Origin: an uncultured Gemmatimonadales bacterium
GTDB lineage: Bacteria; Gemmatimonadota; Gemmatimonadetes; Gemmatimonadales; GWC2-71-9
Direction of reading: 5' to 3'
Assembly (NCBI GenBank): GCA_963798915.1
Contig: CAWCVB010000001.1
Coordinates: forward strand, 128,001-192,000
Length of the DNA stretch: 64,000 bases
Part shown: one piece after another, positions 1 to 9,167 of the stretch
Layout of the letters: every line of letters starts with the position of its first letter
How positions within the stretch are numbered: position 1 is the stretch's first letter
Program-made: the position numbers and the translations under genes
The notes under the pieces: model-generated
The model's database searches: none
Told to the model about the DNA's origin: nothing
Seen by the model: the letters and a program-made list of their open reading frames with translations, nothing else

Positions 1-169
1 AATGCATCTGCCATGGCTGCACGTGCTCGGTGTAGTCGCGGGCCGGCTGGATGTCGCGGCCCGCCTCGAGGACCAGCGTCTTGAGGCCATGCTCCGCCAG
101 CTCCTTGGCGGCCCAGCCGCCGGTGATGCCGGAGCCGATGACGATGGCGTCGTAAGGGTCGCGGGTCAT
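1..169 (-). CDS. GMC family oxidoreductase, N-terminus (runs off window edge)
   Basis: Manual minus-strand translation from ATG 169 gives MTRDPYDAIVIGSGITGGWAAKELAEHGLKTLVLEAG, an FAD-binding GxGxxG motif; lies downstream of a gluconate 2-dehydrogenase subunit 3-like gene. Confidence 0.85.
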   Translation of the reverse strand, partial: MTRDPYDAIVIGSGITGGWAAKELAEHGLKTLVLEAGRDIQPARDYTEHVQPWQMH

Positions 170-344
170 GGGTCGCGGGTCATGGGTCGTGGGTCATGGG
201 TCGCGGGTCGTGAGGTCGTGGGTCGTGGGTCGTGAGTCGTGAGTCGTGAGTCGTGAGTCGTGAGTCGTGAGTCGTGAGTCGTGAGTCGTGAGTCGTGAGT
301 CGTGAGTCGTGAGTCGTGAGTCGTGAGTCGTGAGTCGTGAGTCG
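156..344. repeat. Heptamer tandem repeat: (GAGTCGT)x15 at 234-338, preceded by degenerate GGGTCRY units
   Basis: Directly visible; degenerate units overlap the GMC start codon. Confidence 0.95.
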
Positions 345-352
345 AACAACTT

Positions 353-433
353 GTCATCCTGAGCGAAGCGAAGGATCTGCTCGCCCGGATCGGTGGGCCG
401 ACTGACAAGATTCCTTGCTTCGCTCGGAATGAC
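353..433. repeat. REP-like inverted repeat (GTCATCCTGAGCGAAGCGAAGGATCT...AGATTCCTTGCTTCGCTCGGAATGAC)
   Basis: Imperfect terminal inverted repeats; a half copy lies near 15407-15432. Confidence 0.8.
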
Positions 434-453
434 ACTGTCCGACGACCCATGCC

Positions 454-1008
454 TCACGACTCGCGACCCGCGGCCGCCATACATCCCTCCCATCGCCCCG
501 GCCAGATCTTCACCTGCATGACATCCTGCATGACCGCCTTGGACGTGAAGTAGCCGTAGATGGTGAGGCCCTTGAGCGTGCGCCAGGTGGCCGCTGCCGA
601 GCGCGGGAGCGGGTTGCTCTGCCCATCGAGCATCGCAGCAATCTGGGCCTGGGTTGCCGGAGCAAGCTCGGCGAAGGCCTCGGCGCCGTGGGCCAAGGCA
701 AGCCCATCCAGGTATCCCAGCCCGTAGAGCAAGTTGCTGCGGTCGGCGTCCGCATACCACTCGGTGAGCAGCAGGTCGATGAAGTCCACCACGCCCACGT
801 CCAGGGCCCCGGGCGTGTCGGTGCGGGGAATGATGAGATCGGCCACGGCCCTGACAGTGGCGGCTTCCGGGCCGCTCAGGGTACGGAGGGCGCCGGTGCG
901 CCCATGCGCGGCCACCCCCAGCGCCCAGAGGCGTTCCGCTGAGAGGCCGCCAAAGGCCGGAATCGCGGCCGCCGCACCCAGTGCCCGGAGCAGGTCACGT
1001 CGCTGCAT
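454..1008 (-). CDS. Gluconate 2-dehydrogenase subunit 3 family protein (Tat signal)
   Basis: MQRRDLL Tat motif, IIPRTDTPGA, LTIYGYFTS; upstream of the GMC oxidoreductase. Confidence 0.85.
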   Translation of the reverse strand: MQRRDLLRALGAAAAIPAFGGLSAERLWALGVAAHGRTGALRTLSGPEAATVRAVADLIIPRTDTPGALDVGVVDFIDLLLTEWYADADRSNLLYGLGYLDGLALAHGAEAFAELAPATQAQIAAMLDGQSNPLPRSAAATWRTLKGLTIYGYFTSKAVMQDVMQVKIWPGRWEGCMAAAGRES

Positions 1009-1120
1009 CGCTGGCCCCCTTCCACCGATAGGCACGGACAGATTACGCCGATGAGCAGCTGTCTCTAATATGCAGGCAGATTCCCGACTGCGTAATCTCC
1101 GCCAGGACGGCTCGAGCCCC

Positions 1121-3286
1121 ATGCCCGGATCATTCACTTGCTGGATCGCCCTTGCCCTGGCGCTGCCTGCCTCCCTGGAGGCCCAGGCCGCGGCGGTGCC
1201 GTTCCGGCCCGGCATGATCGTGACGACGTCCACCCGGATTCAGCCCGGCCACTACCTGGCGCCCTCAGACAGCGCGCCGGTCATCACGGTCCGCGGTCAT
1301 GATATCGTGCTCGACCTCAGAGGCGTGGAACTGGTGGGAAGCAGCAATCGTCGCCAGCCAGACCGCTTTACGGGAATTGCAGTCGAGGTGGATAGCGGGG
1401 CTCGTGTAACGGTTCGCGGCGCCCGCATCCGGGGTTTCAAGGTGGGCATCCTTGCGCGCGGCACCAACGGGCTCCGGTTGCTCGACAATGACCTTTCCGA
1501 CAATTACCGCCCTCGGCTCTTCAGCCATGTGGAGCGGGAGTCACTGGCCGACTGGCTTTCCTACCACCACAACGAAGCCGGCGAGTGGCTGCGCTATGGC
1601 GCGGGGATCTACCTGGACGGTGTCACCGGCGGCGAGCTGCGGGGAAACATCGTCCAGCGCGGCATGAACGGGCTCCTGCTCACGCGCAGCTCGGGGCTGC
1701 GAATCTGGAACAACACCTTTGCCTTCAATTCCGGGCTCGGCATCGGCCTCTATCGCTCCACCCGCGACACGATCATGCACAATCGTGCCGACTGGAATGT
1801 GCGCGGCTATTCCGACGGCTTCTTCAATCGGGGGCAGGATTCCGCTGCGCTGCTGATGTTCGAGCAGTCGAGCGACAATGTGGTGGCATTCAATTCCATG
1901 ACCCACTCGGGAGACGGGCTGTTCCTCTGGGCCGGCCAGACGACGATGGACTCCGGCACCGGCGGATCCAATGACAACCTCTTCTATCGGAACGACTTCT
2001 CGTTTGCACCCACCAACGGCATGGAGGCGACCTTCTCACGCAACGCCTTTGTCGAGAATCGTGTGGAAGGGGCCTGGCATGGCCTGTGGGGCGGATACTC
2101 CTGGGAGTCGAAGGTCGTCGGCAATTCCTTTATCCGGAATGTCGAAGCAATTGCCATCGAGCATGGCCAGCAGGTCGTCATCAGCCGCAACACCTTTGAC
2201 CACGACACCACGGCCATTCACCTCTGGTGGAACAAGATTGAGCCGTCCGACTGGGGCTACCCGAAGTACCGCGACACCCGGTCACGCGACTATCAGGTTG
2301 CCACAAACCATTTCGACGGGGTGCGCACCGCGCTTCGGGTTCAGGACACACAGGCCCTCCTGCTGTCCGGCAATTCGGTGAGCGATACCGATACGCTCAT
2401 CGTCGCCAAGGGCGACACCAGCGGCTGGCAAGGCGACCTCTCCGATGGCGATACTGCGTCAGTGCCGGACACCGTTGTCCGACTTCGCGTCGCCGCGCTC
2501 GCCGGCGGTCACGATGCGCGGTCTGCGCCCGATCTCCGGCGCGACCGGTCGTCCATCATCGTGACGGAGTGGGGTCCATACACCTGGACCTATCCCCTCC
2601 TCTGGCCGGCGGGCCGCTCCGACACGGTGCCGCTCCGGCTTCGCGTGCTGGGGCCGGCCGGCCGCTGGCGGGTGCGCTCCACCATGGGCATCGCTTCGCT
2701 GTCCAGCCGCTCGGGCGCGGTGGGTGATACGATCACCGTCATGCCGGCACCTGGGCATGCGAATGACTTTCTCGTCTCGCTGGAATACCGCGGCGCTGCC
2801 ACGACATCAGCATTCGGTGAGCCGCGGCCGGCAGGTGCACCGGTGCGCTTCAGCTGGCGGACCTATTATCCCGCGGCCAACTGGCACCTGACATACGTGC
2901 CGACCGACTCGTCCGCCCGCAATGCAGATGTGGCGCGATTGGAGACACTGCTTGCCCGGCCTGCGGCCGGCACACTCGACACCACGCGCCTGGACCTGAT
3001 GTGGTATCGCCCACCGGTCAAGGCATTGCCGGCGGAGTCGGTGCTCACCGATGCACGCACGAGCATCTCACTTCCCGAGGGACGCTACTTGCTTCGCACC
3101 ATTGCGGACGACGCCATCCGCGTGTGGGTGGATGGCCGGCTGGTGCTGGATGATTGGGTACCAGGTGATTCCCATGTGAAGGAAGTCGAGCTGCGCCTGG
3201 GCGGTACACATACCGTGCGTGCCGTCCACCTGCAGCTGGACGGGTGGTACGAATTCAGGGTCGAGCTGAAACCGCTGGGTGAGTAG
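1121..3286 (+). CDS. Secreted right-handed parallel beta-helix protein with C-terminal PA14-like domain
   Basis: Signal peptide, repeated Asn/Gly beta-helix coils (NNTFAFNSGLGIGL), C-terminal ADDAIRVWVDGRLVLDDW. Confidence 0.8.
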   Translation: MPGSFTCWIALALALPASLEAQAAAVPFRPGMIVTTSTRIQPGHYLAPSDSAPVITVRGHDIVLDLRGVELVGSSNRRQPDRFTGIAVEVDSGARVTVRGARIRGFKVGILARGTNGLRLLDNDLSDNYRPRLFSHVERESLADWLSYHHNEAGEWLRYGAGIYLDGVTGGELRGNIVQRGMNGLLLTRSSGLRIWNNTFAFNSGLGIGLYRSTRDTIMHNRADWNVRGYSDGFFNRGQDSAALLMFEQSSDNVVAFNSMTHSGDGLFLWAGQTTMDSGTGGSNDNLFYRNDFSFAPTNGMEATFSRNAFVENRVEGAWHGLWGGYSWESKVVGNSFIRNVEAIAIEHGQQVVISRNTFDHDTTAIHLWWNKIEPSDWGYPKYRDTRSRDYQVATNHFDGVRTALRVQDTQALLLSGNSVSDTDTLIVAKGDTSGWQGDLSDGDTASVPDTVVRLRVAALAGGHDARSAPDLRRDRSSIIVTEWGPYTWTYPLLWPAGRSDTVPLRLRVLGPAGRWRVRSTMGIASLSSRSGAVGDTITVMPAPGHANDFLVSLEYRGAATTSAFGEPRPAGAPVRFSWRTYYPAANWHLTYVPTDSSARNADVARLETLLARPAAGTLDTTRLDLMWYRPPVKALPAESVLTDARTSISLPEGRYLLRTIADDAIRVWVDGRLVLDDWVPGDSHVKEVELRLGGTHTVRAVHLQLDGWYEFRVELKPLGE

Positions 3287-3375
3287 GAGAGAGACGGCTG
3301 GTTCGCGCGCAATCACCTTCAGCCTTCGGCCTTCCATCTGTGCAATCGGCCTTCATCGGTGTAATCTGTGGATCC

Positions 3376-4119
3376 ATGGCCATCCTCATCGAAGCGTGCG
3401 TGGACACGGTACATTCGGCGCTGGCCGCGGAGACGGGCGGCGCCGATCGCATCGAATTGTGCGACGACCTGGTCGAAGGCGGCACCACGCCCAGCGCCGG
3501 CATGATCGAGGAGTGCGTGGCCCGGCTCGGCATTCCGGTGTTCGTCATGATCAGGCCGAGGGGAGGGGATTTCCTCTTTACGTCGAGCGAGATCACCGTC
3601 ATGCTCCGCGACATCGGCCACGCCAAACGGCTGGGTGCCGCCGGAATTGTCACGGGGGCGCTGGAGCGGGATGGCACCGTCTCGGGCAATGTGATGAGCG
3701 AGCTGCTCATTGCCGCGTCACCGCTTCCGGTCACCTTCCATCGGGCATTCGACATCTGCCGGGATCCGGCGCAGGCGCTGGAAACGCTGGTCGACCTGGG
3801 CGTCGCACGCATTCTCACGGCTGGCCAGGCCGCCAGCGCGCTTGAAGGCGCCACCGCCATCGCCGCCTCCGTGGAGCAGGCGGCGGGACGGATTGGCATC
3901 ATCGCCGGCGGTGGTGTGTCCGAGGAGAATGTTGCGGAGATTATCCGGATCACCGGCGTCAGTGAAATTCACGCGCGCGGCACCGTGCCGGTGGGCTCAG
4001 GCATGGACTGGCGCCGGGAGGGCCTCGCGCTGGTCAAGCCGGTGCTGGAGCATGATGTGCGTGCAGTGACCGATGCGGAGCGGATTCGCAGGGTGCGGGA
4101 ACGGACGCGGAACTCGTAG
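3376..4119 (+). CDS. cutC: Copper homeostasis protein CutC family
   Basis: IEACVD, GGADRIELC, GGTTPS, MIRPRGGDF, TFHRAFD, RILTAG. Confidence 0.92.
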   Translation: MAILIEACVDTVHSALAAETGGADRIELCDDLVEGGTTPSAGMIEECVARLGIPVFVMIRPRGGDFLFTSSEITVMLRDIGHAKRLGAAGIVTGALERDGTVSGNVMSELLIAASPLPVTFHRAFDICRDPAQALETLVDLGVARILTAGQAASALEGATAIAASVEQAAGRIGIIAGGGVSEENVAEIIRITGVSEIHARGTVPVGSGMDWRREGLALVKPVLEHDVRAVTDAERIRRVRERTRNS

Positions 4120-4164
4120 GGGCTCGGCTTGCCGTGCCCGGCAAGCCGGGCCCCCGCGGGTGCG

Positions 4165-5898
4165 TCATGCCGGACCGCCCCACACATCCACCCCTCCCTT
4201 TTCCGAATCCGCCGTGATCGTCATCTTCCCGCTGCCCGAGACGATCCACCGCACGGTTACGGTGGAACGCCCCGAAATATTCTCCACTTCGATTCGCTCC
4301 GGATGATGCTTCTGCTCCTCGGCGATGTCCTGCAGCGGGTTGGTGACCCGGAATCCGGCGATCACCTTGCGCCCGGTGAGCGTGATGTAATCGGGCCGGC
4401 TGATGTGGTGTTCCAGGTCCTGGGCAGTGTGGGTCGGCACGATACGATCGTTGGTAATGATGGCCGTCACTTCCGTGAGGCCGCCGCCCAGTGAGCGAGT
4501 GCGCACCGAGTCCACGCGCACCAGCGGCATCTGGCGAGCCTGATAGAGTGTAAATGCCATGTTGCGGTGGGCCTCGCCCTGCAACAGGAAGGCGGGGATG
4601 GCGCGAGTGTACTGCTTCTTGAATCCGCCCACCTCGATCTCGCCGTACTGGGGGTGCTGCACCTTGTGCCAGGGCACGAAGGCCTCGCCCATGAGCAGCA
4701 GCCGGTCGAACTTGTATTCGTCCCGGTCGTAGCGCTCGCGCTTGCTGTCCTTTTCGAAGTAGCCGAAGTCGCTCCACAGCTCGTTGCTGAAGGTGATGGC
4801 GCCGCGGGCGCCGTAGATCCAGTCGAGCTCCCCACCCCAGACGATGTACAGGTCCTTCCAGACGATCATGTACTTGTAGCCCGGCAAAATCTGCTCGCCC
4901 ACCTCGCCGAGCTGGTCGTAGACCCGTTCGTCCTGCGGGCGGTAGGCATCCTGGCGGGCGCCGGGTCCGCGCAGGATCATGCCGCCGTTGTTGTGGTAGC
5001 TCTGCGCGCCGGCGATGTTGGGATGCGCGGTGATGAAGTCCACCACGGCGCGCGTCTCCGGCAGCGAGAGCGGATAGGCATCCGACCCGCCCTGCACATA
5101 GGCCGGCTGCCAGCGCCAAGGCCAGTTGCGGTTGGGATCGTAGTAGCCTTCACCGTCCTCGTTCACCCGCCCGTCGCCGTCGTTATCAATGCCTTCGCTG
5201 CCGAGCAGGTCCCATTCACCCTTCTGGCCGGGGAGCGCGCGGATCATGATGCGGGGATCCTCGGGCGATGTGAGCCATTGTCCGTTGGGATCCCGGCGGC
5301 GCATCGTGGTAATGAACCCGTCGCCATCGAGGTCATCGAAGCCATCCTCGTTGACCAGCCCGTCGCCATCGTTGTCGCGTTCGCCGAGCCCGCTGCGGGG
5401 CGAGTGCGGCGTATTGGGTTCCTTGAGGAAATTGTCCCGGCCGTCAGGATTGATGGTCGGAATGATGTAGAAGGTGCGATTGGTGAGCATCGAGTCCACT
5501 TCCGGCACCTGCCCCGCCATCTCGCAGAGGTACCACGCGGTGTACAGCGCAATCTCGGAGCCCTGCACCTCATTCGAGTGGATGTTGCCGTCGATGTACA
5601 TGGCCGGCTTCTTCGCGGGATCGCCGACCTTGAAGTTGGAGACGGTGATGAGCCAGAGGTCCTGCCCCTTGATGCTCTTGCCGATCGAGCTGACGCGACA
5701 CAAGTCCGGATGGGCCTTTTCCAGCTTCTTGGCAAGCGCACCAAGGCCGGCGTTGTCGTAGTACCGGTCCCAGGCGATCTGCACCTTGGGGTTCTTGGGA
5801 GCGCCGACGGCGGCGAGGTTGCCTTCCTGCGCCAGGAGCGACGTGGCGGCGGTGGCAAGCAGCGCCACGAGCGCGAACGAGTGACGAATGGGACGCAT
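4165..5898 (-). CDS. Secreted M14 family zinc carboxypeptidase
   Basis: DGNIHSNE (HxxE), NPDG, DPNRNW, SYH; several DxDGDG Ca-binding loops. Confidence 0.88.
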   Translation of the reverse strand: MRPIRHSFALVALLATAATSLLAQEGNLAAVGAPKNPKVQIAWDRYYDNAGLGALAKKLEKAHPDLCRVSSIGKSIKGQDLWLITVSNFKVGDPAKKPAMYIDGNIHSNEVQGSEIALYTAWYLCEMAGQVPEVDSMLTNRTFYIIPTINPDGRDNFLKEPNTPHSPRSGLGERDNDGDGLVNEDGFDDLDGDGFITTMRRRDPNGQWLTSPEDPRIMIRALPGQKGEWDLLGSEGIDNDGDGRVNEDGEGYYDPNRNWPWRWQPAYVQGGSDAYPLSLPETRAVVDFITAHPNIAGAQSYHNNGGMILRGPGARQDAYRPQDERVYDQLGEVGEQILPGYKYMIVWKDLYIVWGGELDWIYGARGAITFSNELWSDFGYFEKDSKRERYDRDEYKFDRLLLMGEAFVPWHKVQHPQYGEIEVGGFKKQYTRAIPAFLLQGEAHRNMAFTLYQARQMPLVRVDSVRTRSLGGGLTEVTAIITNDRIVPTHTAQDLEHHISRPDYITLTGRKVIAGFRVTNPLQDIAEEQKHHPERIEVENISGRSTVTVRWIVSGSGKMTITADSEKGGVDVWGGPA

Positions 5899-5909
5899 CG
5901 GGCCGCTCC

Positions 5910-7658
5910 TCAGCGCAGGGTGAAGGTGAGGGAGGCGTGGCCAGCCGCGGGACTCGCCGCCGTCACGCTCATGCGGTCACCCGATGCGCCGCGCACGACC
6001 CAGGTGAGTTCCTGCCCCGTCCCGCCACCGCTGACCGGATCGAGCAACTGGAAGTGGCGCCCACTCACGATGTCGCGGCCGTCTCCCACGGCCAGCTCGA
6101 CGCGGACCGCTCGCGGCATCCGCACCATGTCACCCACCTTGGAACTGGTGGGAAGGTAGCCGTCGTTCGCCACCTCCACCGTCACCCGGAAGAGGCCGGA
6201 ACCCAGGGACTCCGTCATGAGCTTCCGCAGCGCGATGCTTGGGAGCATCCCCTCGAGCGCGGTGACGAAGTTGACCTGCGCGGTCGCGAGCGAATCGAGC
6301 ATCGCGGCAGGAGGGTTCACTTCCGCGTAGGGACGCAGCCCGCCGATTTCCACTTGGCGCCCCGGGAAGTCGGGATGCTTGAACGGGGTCCAGTCGAGCA
6401 CCGCGCCGGGCTCGTTGGCGCGCAGCCAGCGGATGGCATTCCGGTCGGCGGCGGCGGAATCGGCGCCGTGTTGGGGCGCACGACCGCGCGTCCGTGCGGC
6501 GCCCGAATCCGCCGCTGCCGGTGTATGGGCGGCCCGCGGGCCGCCCGAATCGGAATCGAATTCCGGAATCCACCAGGGCCGCGCTCCAAAACTCCACCGG
6601 CCCATGTCGAAGTAGCCCCACGACAGCGGGTCGCCCTCGAGCGGCGCGGAGGCGGGCCCTTTGTCCTGCCCGATGATCTTCCGGTAGCGCGAGGCGACTT
6701 CCGCGAACCAGGGCTCGTCTTCCTTGAGGATGGTCCTGAGCGGCCCGCCCGCCGAGGTGCCGGGGCGGGCGCCTTCCTTGGGTAGTTCCTTCCCTTCCCA
6801 TGGCTTCAGCAGATTGTCCTGCGGACCAAGCACGTAAAGCACCGCAATGCCGGGATGGTCCACGATGAACTGCGCCACCGCGCGTGTCTCGACTTCGGCC
6901 ATCATGCCCGAGCCGGTCGCCTCGCCGAACTGGGGAAATTCGTAGGGGAAGCTGCGGCCGATGTCCACGCCACCGGGTGGATCCTCCTGCCAGCGCTCAT
7001 CGCCGTCATTGTCCCGGCCTTCGACATACAGCTTGTAGCTGCCGCTTTCGCCCTTGGCGACGTCGGCCTTCCGCATGAGGGCCGGCTCCGCCGAATCGGC
7101 AATCCACTCGCCGGCAGGATCCTCGACCCGCATCATCGCGATGACGCCGTCTCCGTTCAGGTCCTCAGGTCCGTCCTCGTCCACCGCCGCGTCACGATCG
7201 TCATCCCACTTGCTGGCGTTGCGCACCCGCTCCACCAGCGGCGTCTGGAAGAAGGCCTCGGCGGCATCCGGATTGACTCGCGGCAGCACGTAGAGCGTTG
7301 CATGGTCCAGCAGGCGGGTGACGGTGGAGTCCTTGCCATACGCGGTCGCCAGCTGCTGCACGACACGGAGAGCCATCTCGCTCCCGACCACCTGGGGGCC
7401 CCACGCGTTGGCGATCAGGAGCACGGCGGGCCGCTGGTCCAGGTCGGCGCCGCGGCCAAGCCGGGCGGCAAGCAGGGGCAAGCCGCCGGCCGATGTACCG
7501 ATGGTGGAGACCTCCACCACGGAGCCGCCGGCACTCTTGAGCGCCGACGCGAGCGCGGAGGCAGCATGGTACCCATCTGCCGGCCGCTGGGCGGTGAGGG
7601 GCATGGCTGCGAGCAGGCACCAGCCAGCCGCGAGGAACGGAATCCGGATTGCATGCAT
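5910..7658 (-). CDS. Secreted M14 carboxypeptidase homolog, zinc ligands apparently missing
   Basis: Colinear with the neighbour (LPRVNPD, DEDGPEDLNGDG, VEIGG) but NAWGPQ replaces the HxxE segment. Confidence 0.78.
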   Translation of the reverse strand: MHAIRIPFLAAGWCLLAAMPLTAQRPADGYHAASALASALKSAGGSVVEVSTIGTSAGGLPLLAARLGRGADLDQRPAVLLIANAWGPQVVGSEMALRVVQQLATAYGKDSTVTRLLDHATLYVLPRVNPDAAEAFFQTPLVERVRNASKWDDDRDAAVDEDGPEDLNGDGVIAMMRVEDPAGEWIADSAEPALMRKADVAKGESGSYKLYVEGRDNDGDERWQEDPPGGVDIGRSFPYEFPQFGEATGSGMMAEVETRAVAQFIVDHPGIAVLYVLGPQDNLLKPWEGKELPKEGARPGTSAGGPLRTILKEDEPWFAEVASRYRKIIGQDKGPASAPLEGDPLSWGYFDMGRWSFGARPWWIPEFDSDSGGPRAAHTPAAADSGAARTRGRAPQHGADSAAADRNAIRWLRANEPGAVLDWTPFKHPDFPGRQVEIGGLRPYAEVNPPAAMLDSLATAQVNFVTALEGMLPSIALRKLMTESLGSGLFRVTVEVANDGYLPTSSKVGDMVRMPRAVRVELAVGDGRDIVSGRHFQLLDPVSGGGTGQELTWVVRGASGDRMSVTAASPAAGHASLTFTLR

Positions 7659-7750
7659 GGGACGGAAGCCTGGAAGAAGTACGCCCCGCCCGGGGGGAGG
7701 CGGGGCGCATGACCGATGAAAGTGCGGTCAAACGGCAGAGATTGCAAGCG

Positions 7751-7921
7751 CTACTCGCCGGTCTTGTGATGCTCCTCCTTGTGGTGCTTCATGACCGTAC
7801 GAGCGGCCACCTCCTCGGCGCGTCCACCGTAGCGGCCGCTATCCTCGGAGCTCTCCTTTATGTGTTCATACATCCGCTGCTCCTTCTTGCCAACGCCGCG
7901 GAGATGTTTCTTGGCTGGCAT
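7751..7921 (-). CDS. Small basic protein (RMYEHIKES...AEEVAARTV family)
   Basis: 56 aa with AGGAG RBS; resembles small proteins often labelled plasmid-stabilization-like or ChaB-like. Confidence 0.65.
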   Translation of the reverse strand: MPAKKHLRGVGKKEQRMYEHIKESSEDSGRYGGRAEEVAARTVMKHHKEEHHKTGE

Positions 7922-7980
7922 GGTGCAACTCCTGTCTGATCGTAGTGTCATACCTCATGCCGCGAACTGGTGCGGCGGTG

Positions 7981-8016
7981 AAAGACGAACGGCCCTCACC
8001 GAAGCGAGGGCCGTTC
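7981..8016 (-). terminator. Probable intrinsic terminator
   Basis: Stem GAACGGCCCTC/GAGGGCCGTTC just after the 8033 stop, short U-run on the minus strand. Confidence 0.55.
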
Positions 8017-8032
8017 ACCATGGGCGCGGTGG

Positions 8033-8920
8033 TCAGTCCTGGACCACGATCAGGTATCGCGACGCGCCCCAGAACTTCTCAGGGTCGGCAATGTGCAGTG
8101 CGCTGCCCTTGATCTTGTAGCCGTCCTTGACCTCGTTCGAGAGGAAGGCCGGGTTCTGCCGGGAAATGATCTTGTAGGTCCGGGTGGAATCCGGCAGCGA
8201 GATCACCGAGTCGTTGATCCGGTGGATCACGGTGAAGGCCGACAGATTCGGGTCGCGGGCCGGCAGCAGCTTGGTGCCGCCAAAGATCAGGAACTTGCTG
8301 CCTTCCTTGACCGCCACGCCCTCGTCCCGCAGGTCCTTCTCAGTGCCCACCGCGTAATAGACGGTGTTCATGGTGTCGACCAGGGCCTGCTTCTCGCTCT
8401 CGACCCGGCCCTTTTGCGCCGTCACCGTGTCGAGGTTGGTCGCCAAGGTCGTGATCTGGGTCTTCTGGCTGTCAATGATGGCCAGGTACTCGGTCTGCTG
8501 CTGCTCGATCTGCGTCTTCATTTCTTCGATGTTCTGCTGATATCGGGTAATCTGGGCCGCCAGACGGGAATCCTTTTTGTCAAGCGCAGCCAGCCGGGCC
8601 TTGGCCTTGTCGAGCGACTCCTCGCTGGCCTGCAGCCGGGTGATGGCATCACGGATCTTGCCGAGCACCACCTGGCGCTGGTCATTCGCCGTAGTCGCGG
8701 CCTCGCCCTTGGTCACTGGATTGGCCCCAAGGTCCTTGACCTTGGCAAGCTCGGAATTGATGGAGCTGACCATCTCAGCGTTCGCGAGCACTTCATTCAA
8801 CAGACTGTCCTTCTCGGCCGAGACCCGCTGGGACTCGGCGAGTGCGGCATTGAGCTTCTGCTTGTCAGCACAACCCGCGACGGTCAGTGCCAACGCGGCC
8901 AGCACCAGCAACTTACGCAT
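8033..8920 (-). CDS. Coiled-coil lipoprotein, resembling the Cbp1-like adhesin family
   Basis: Lipobox VAGC, long coiled coil, VYYAVGTEKDL and C-terminal IADPEKFWGASRYLIV. Confidence 0.6.
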   Translation of the reverse strand: MRKLLVLAALALTVAGCADKQKLNAALAESQRVSAEKDSLLNEVLANAEMVSSINSELAKVKDLGANPVTKGEAATTANDQRQVVLGKIRDAITRLQASEESLDKAKARLAALDKKDSRLAAQITRYQQNIEEMKTQIEQQQTEYLAIIDSQKTQITTLATNLDTVTAQKGRVESEKQALVDTMNTVYYAVGTEKDLRDEGVAVKEGSKFLIFGGTKLLPARDPNLSAFTVIHRINDSVISLPDSTRTYKIISRQNPAFLSNEVKDGYKIKGSALHIADPEKFWGASRYLIVVQD

Positions 8921-9167
8921 ACCTGCTCCTGTGACTGGGAAGGCGCACCATCGCCGGATCGCCCCCCCCGGGCGTCCTGACGGTACGTATTACTTCTGGG
9001 CGTCAAGTTATGCGACGGTACCGGGCAGCGTAGTGATGGAAGTCACAGGGGCAGGATGGGCAGGATGGGCGGGACGGGAGGAAAGGGCGAAGCCCGTAGG
9101 GGCGGGTCTCAGACCCGCCCCCCTTCCGGCCCGCCGCCCAATCCGGACACGACAGCACGGGCGAGCC

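Noticed and set aside
166..450. ORFs with THDSRLT, PILPIL or AHPAHP repeats
   Set aside because: Translations of intergenic tandem repeats
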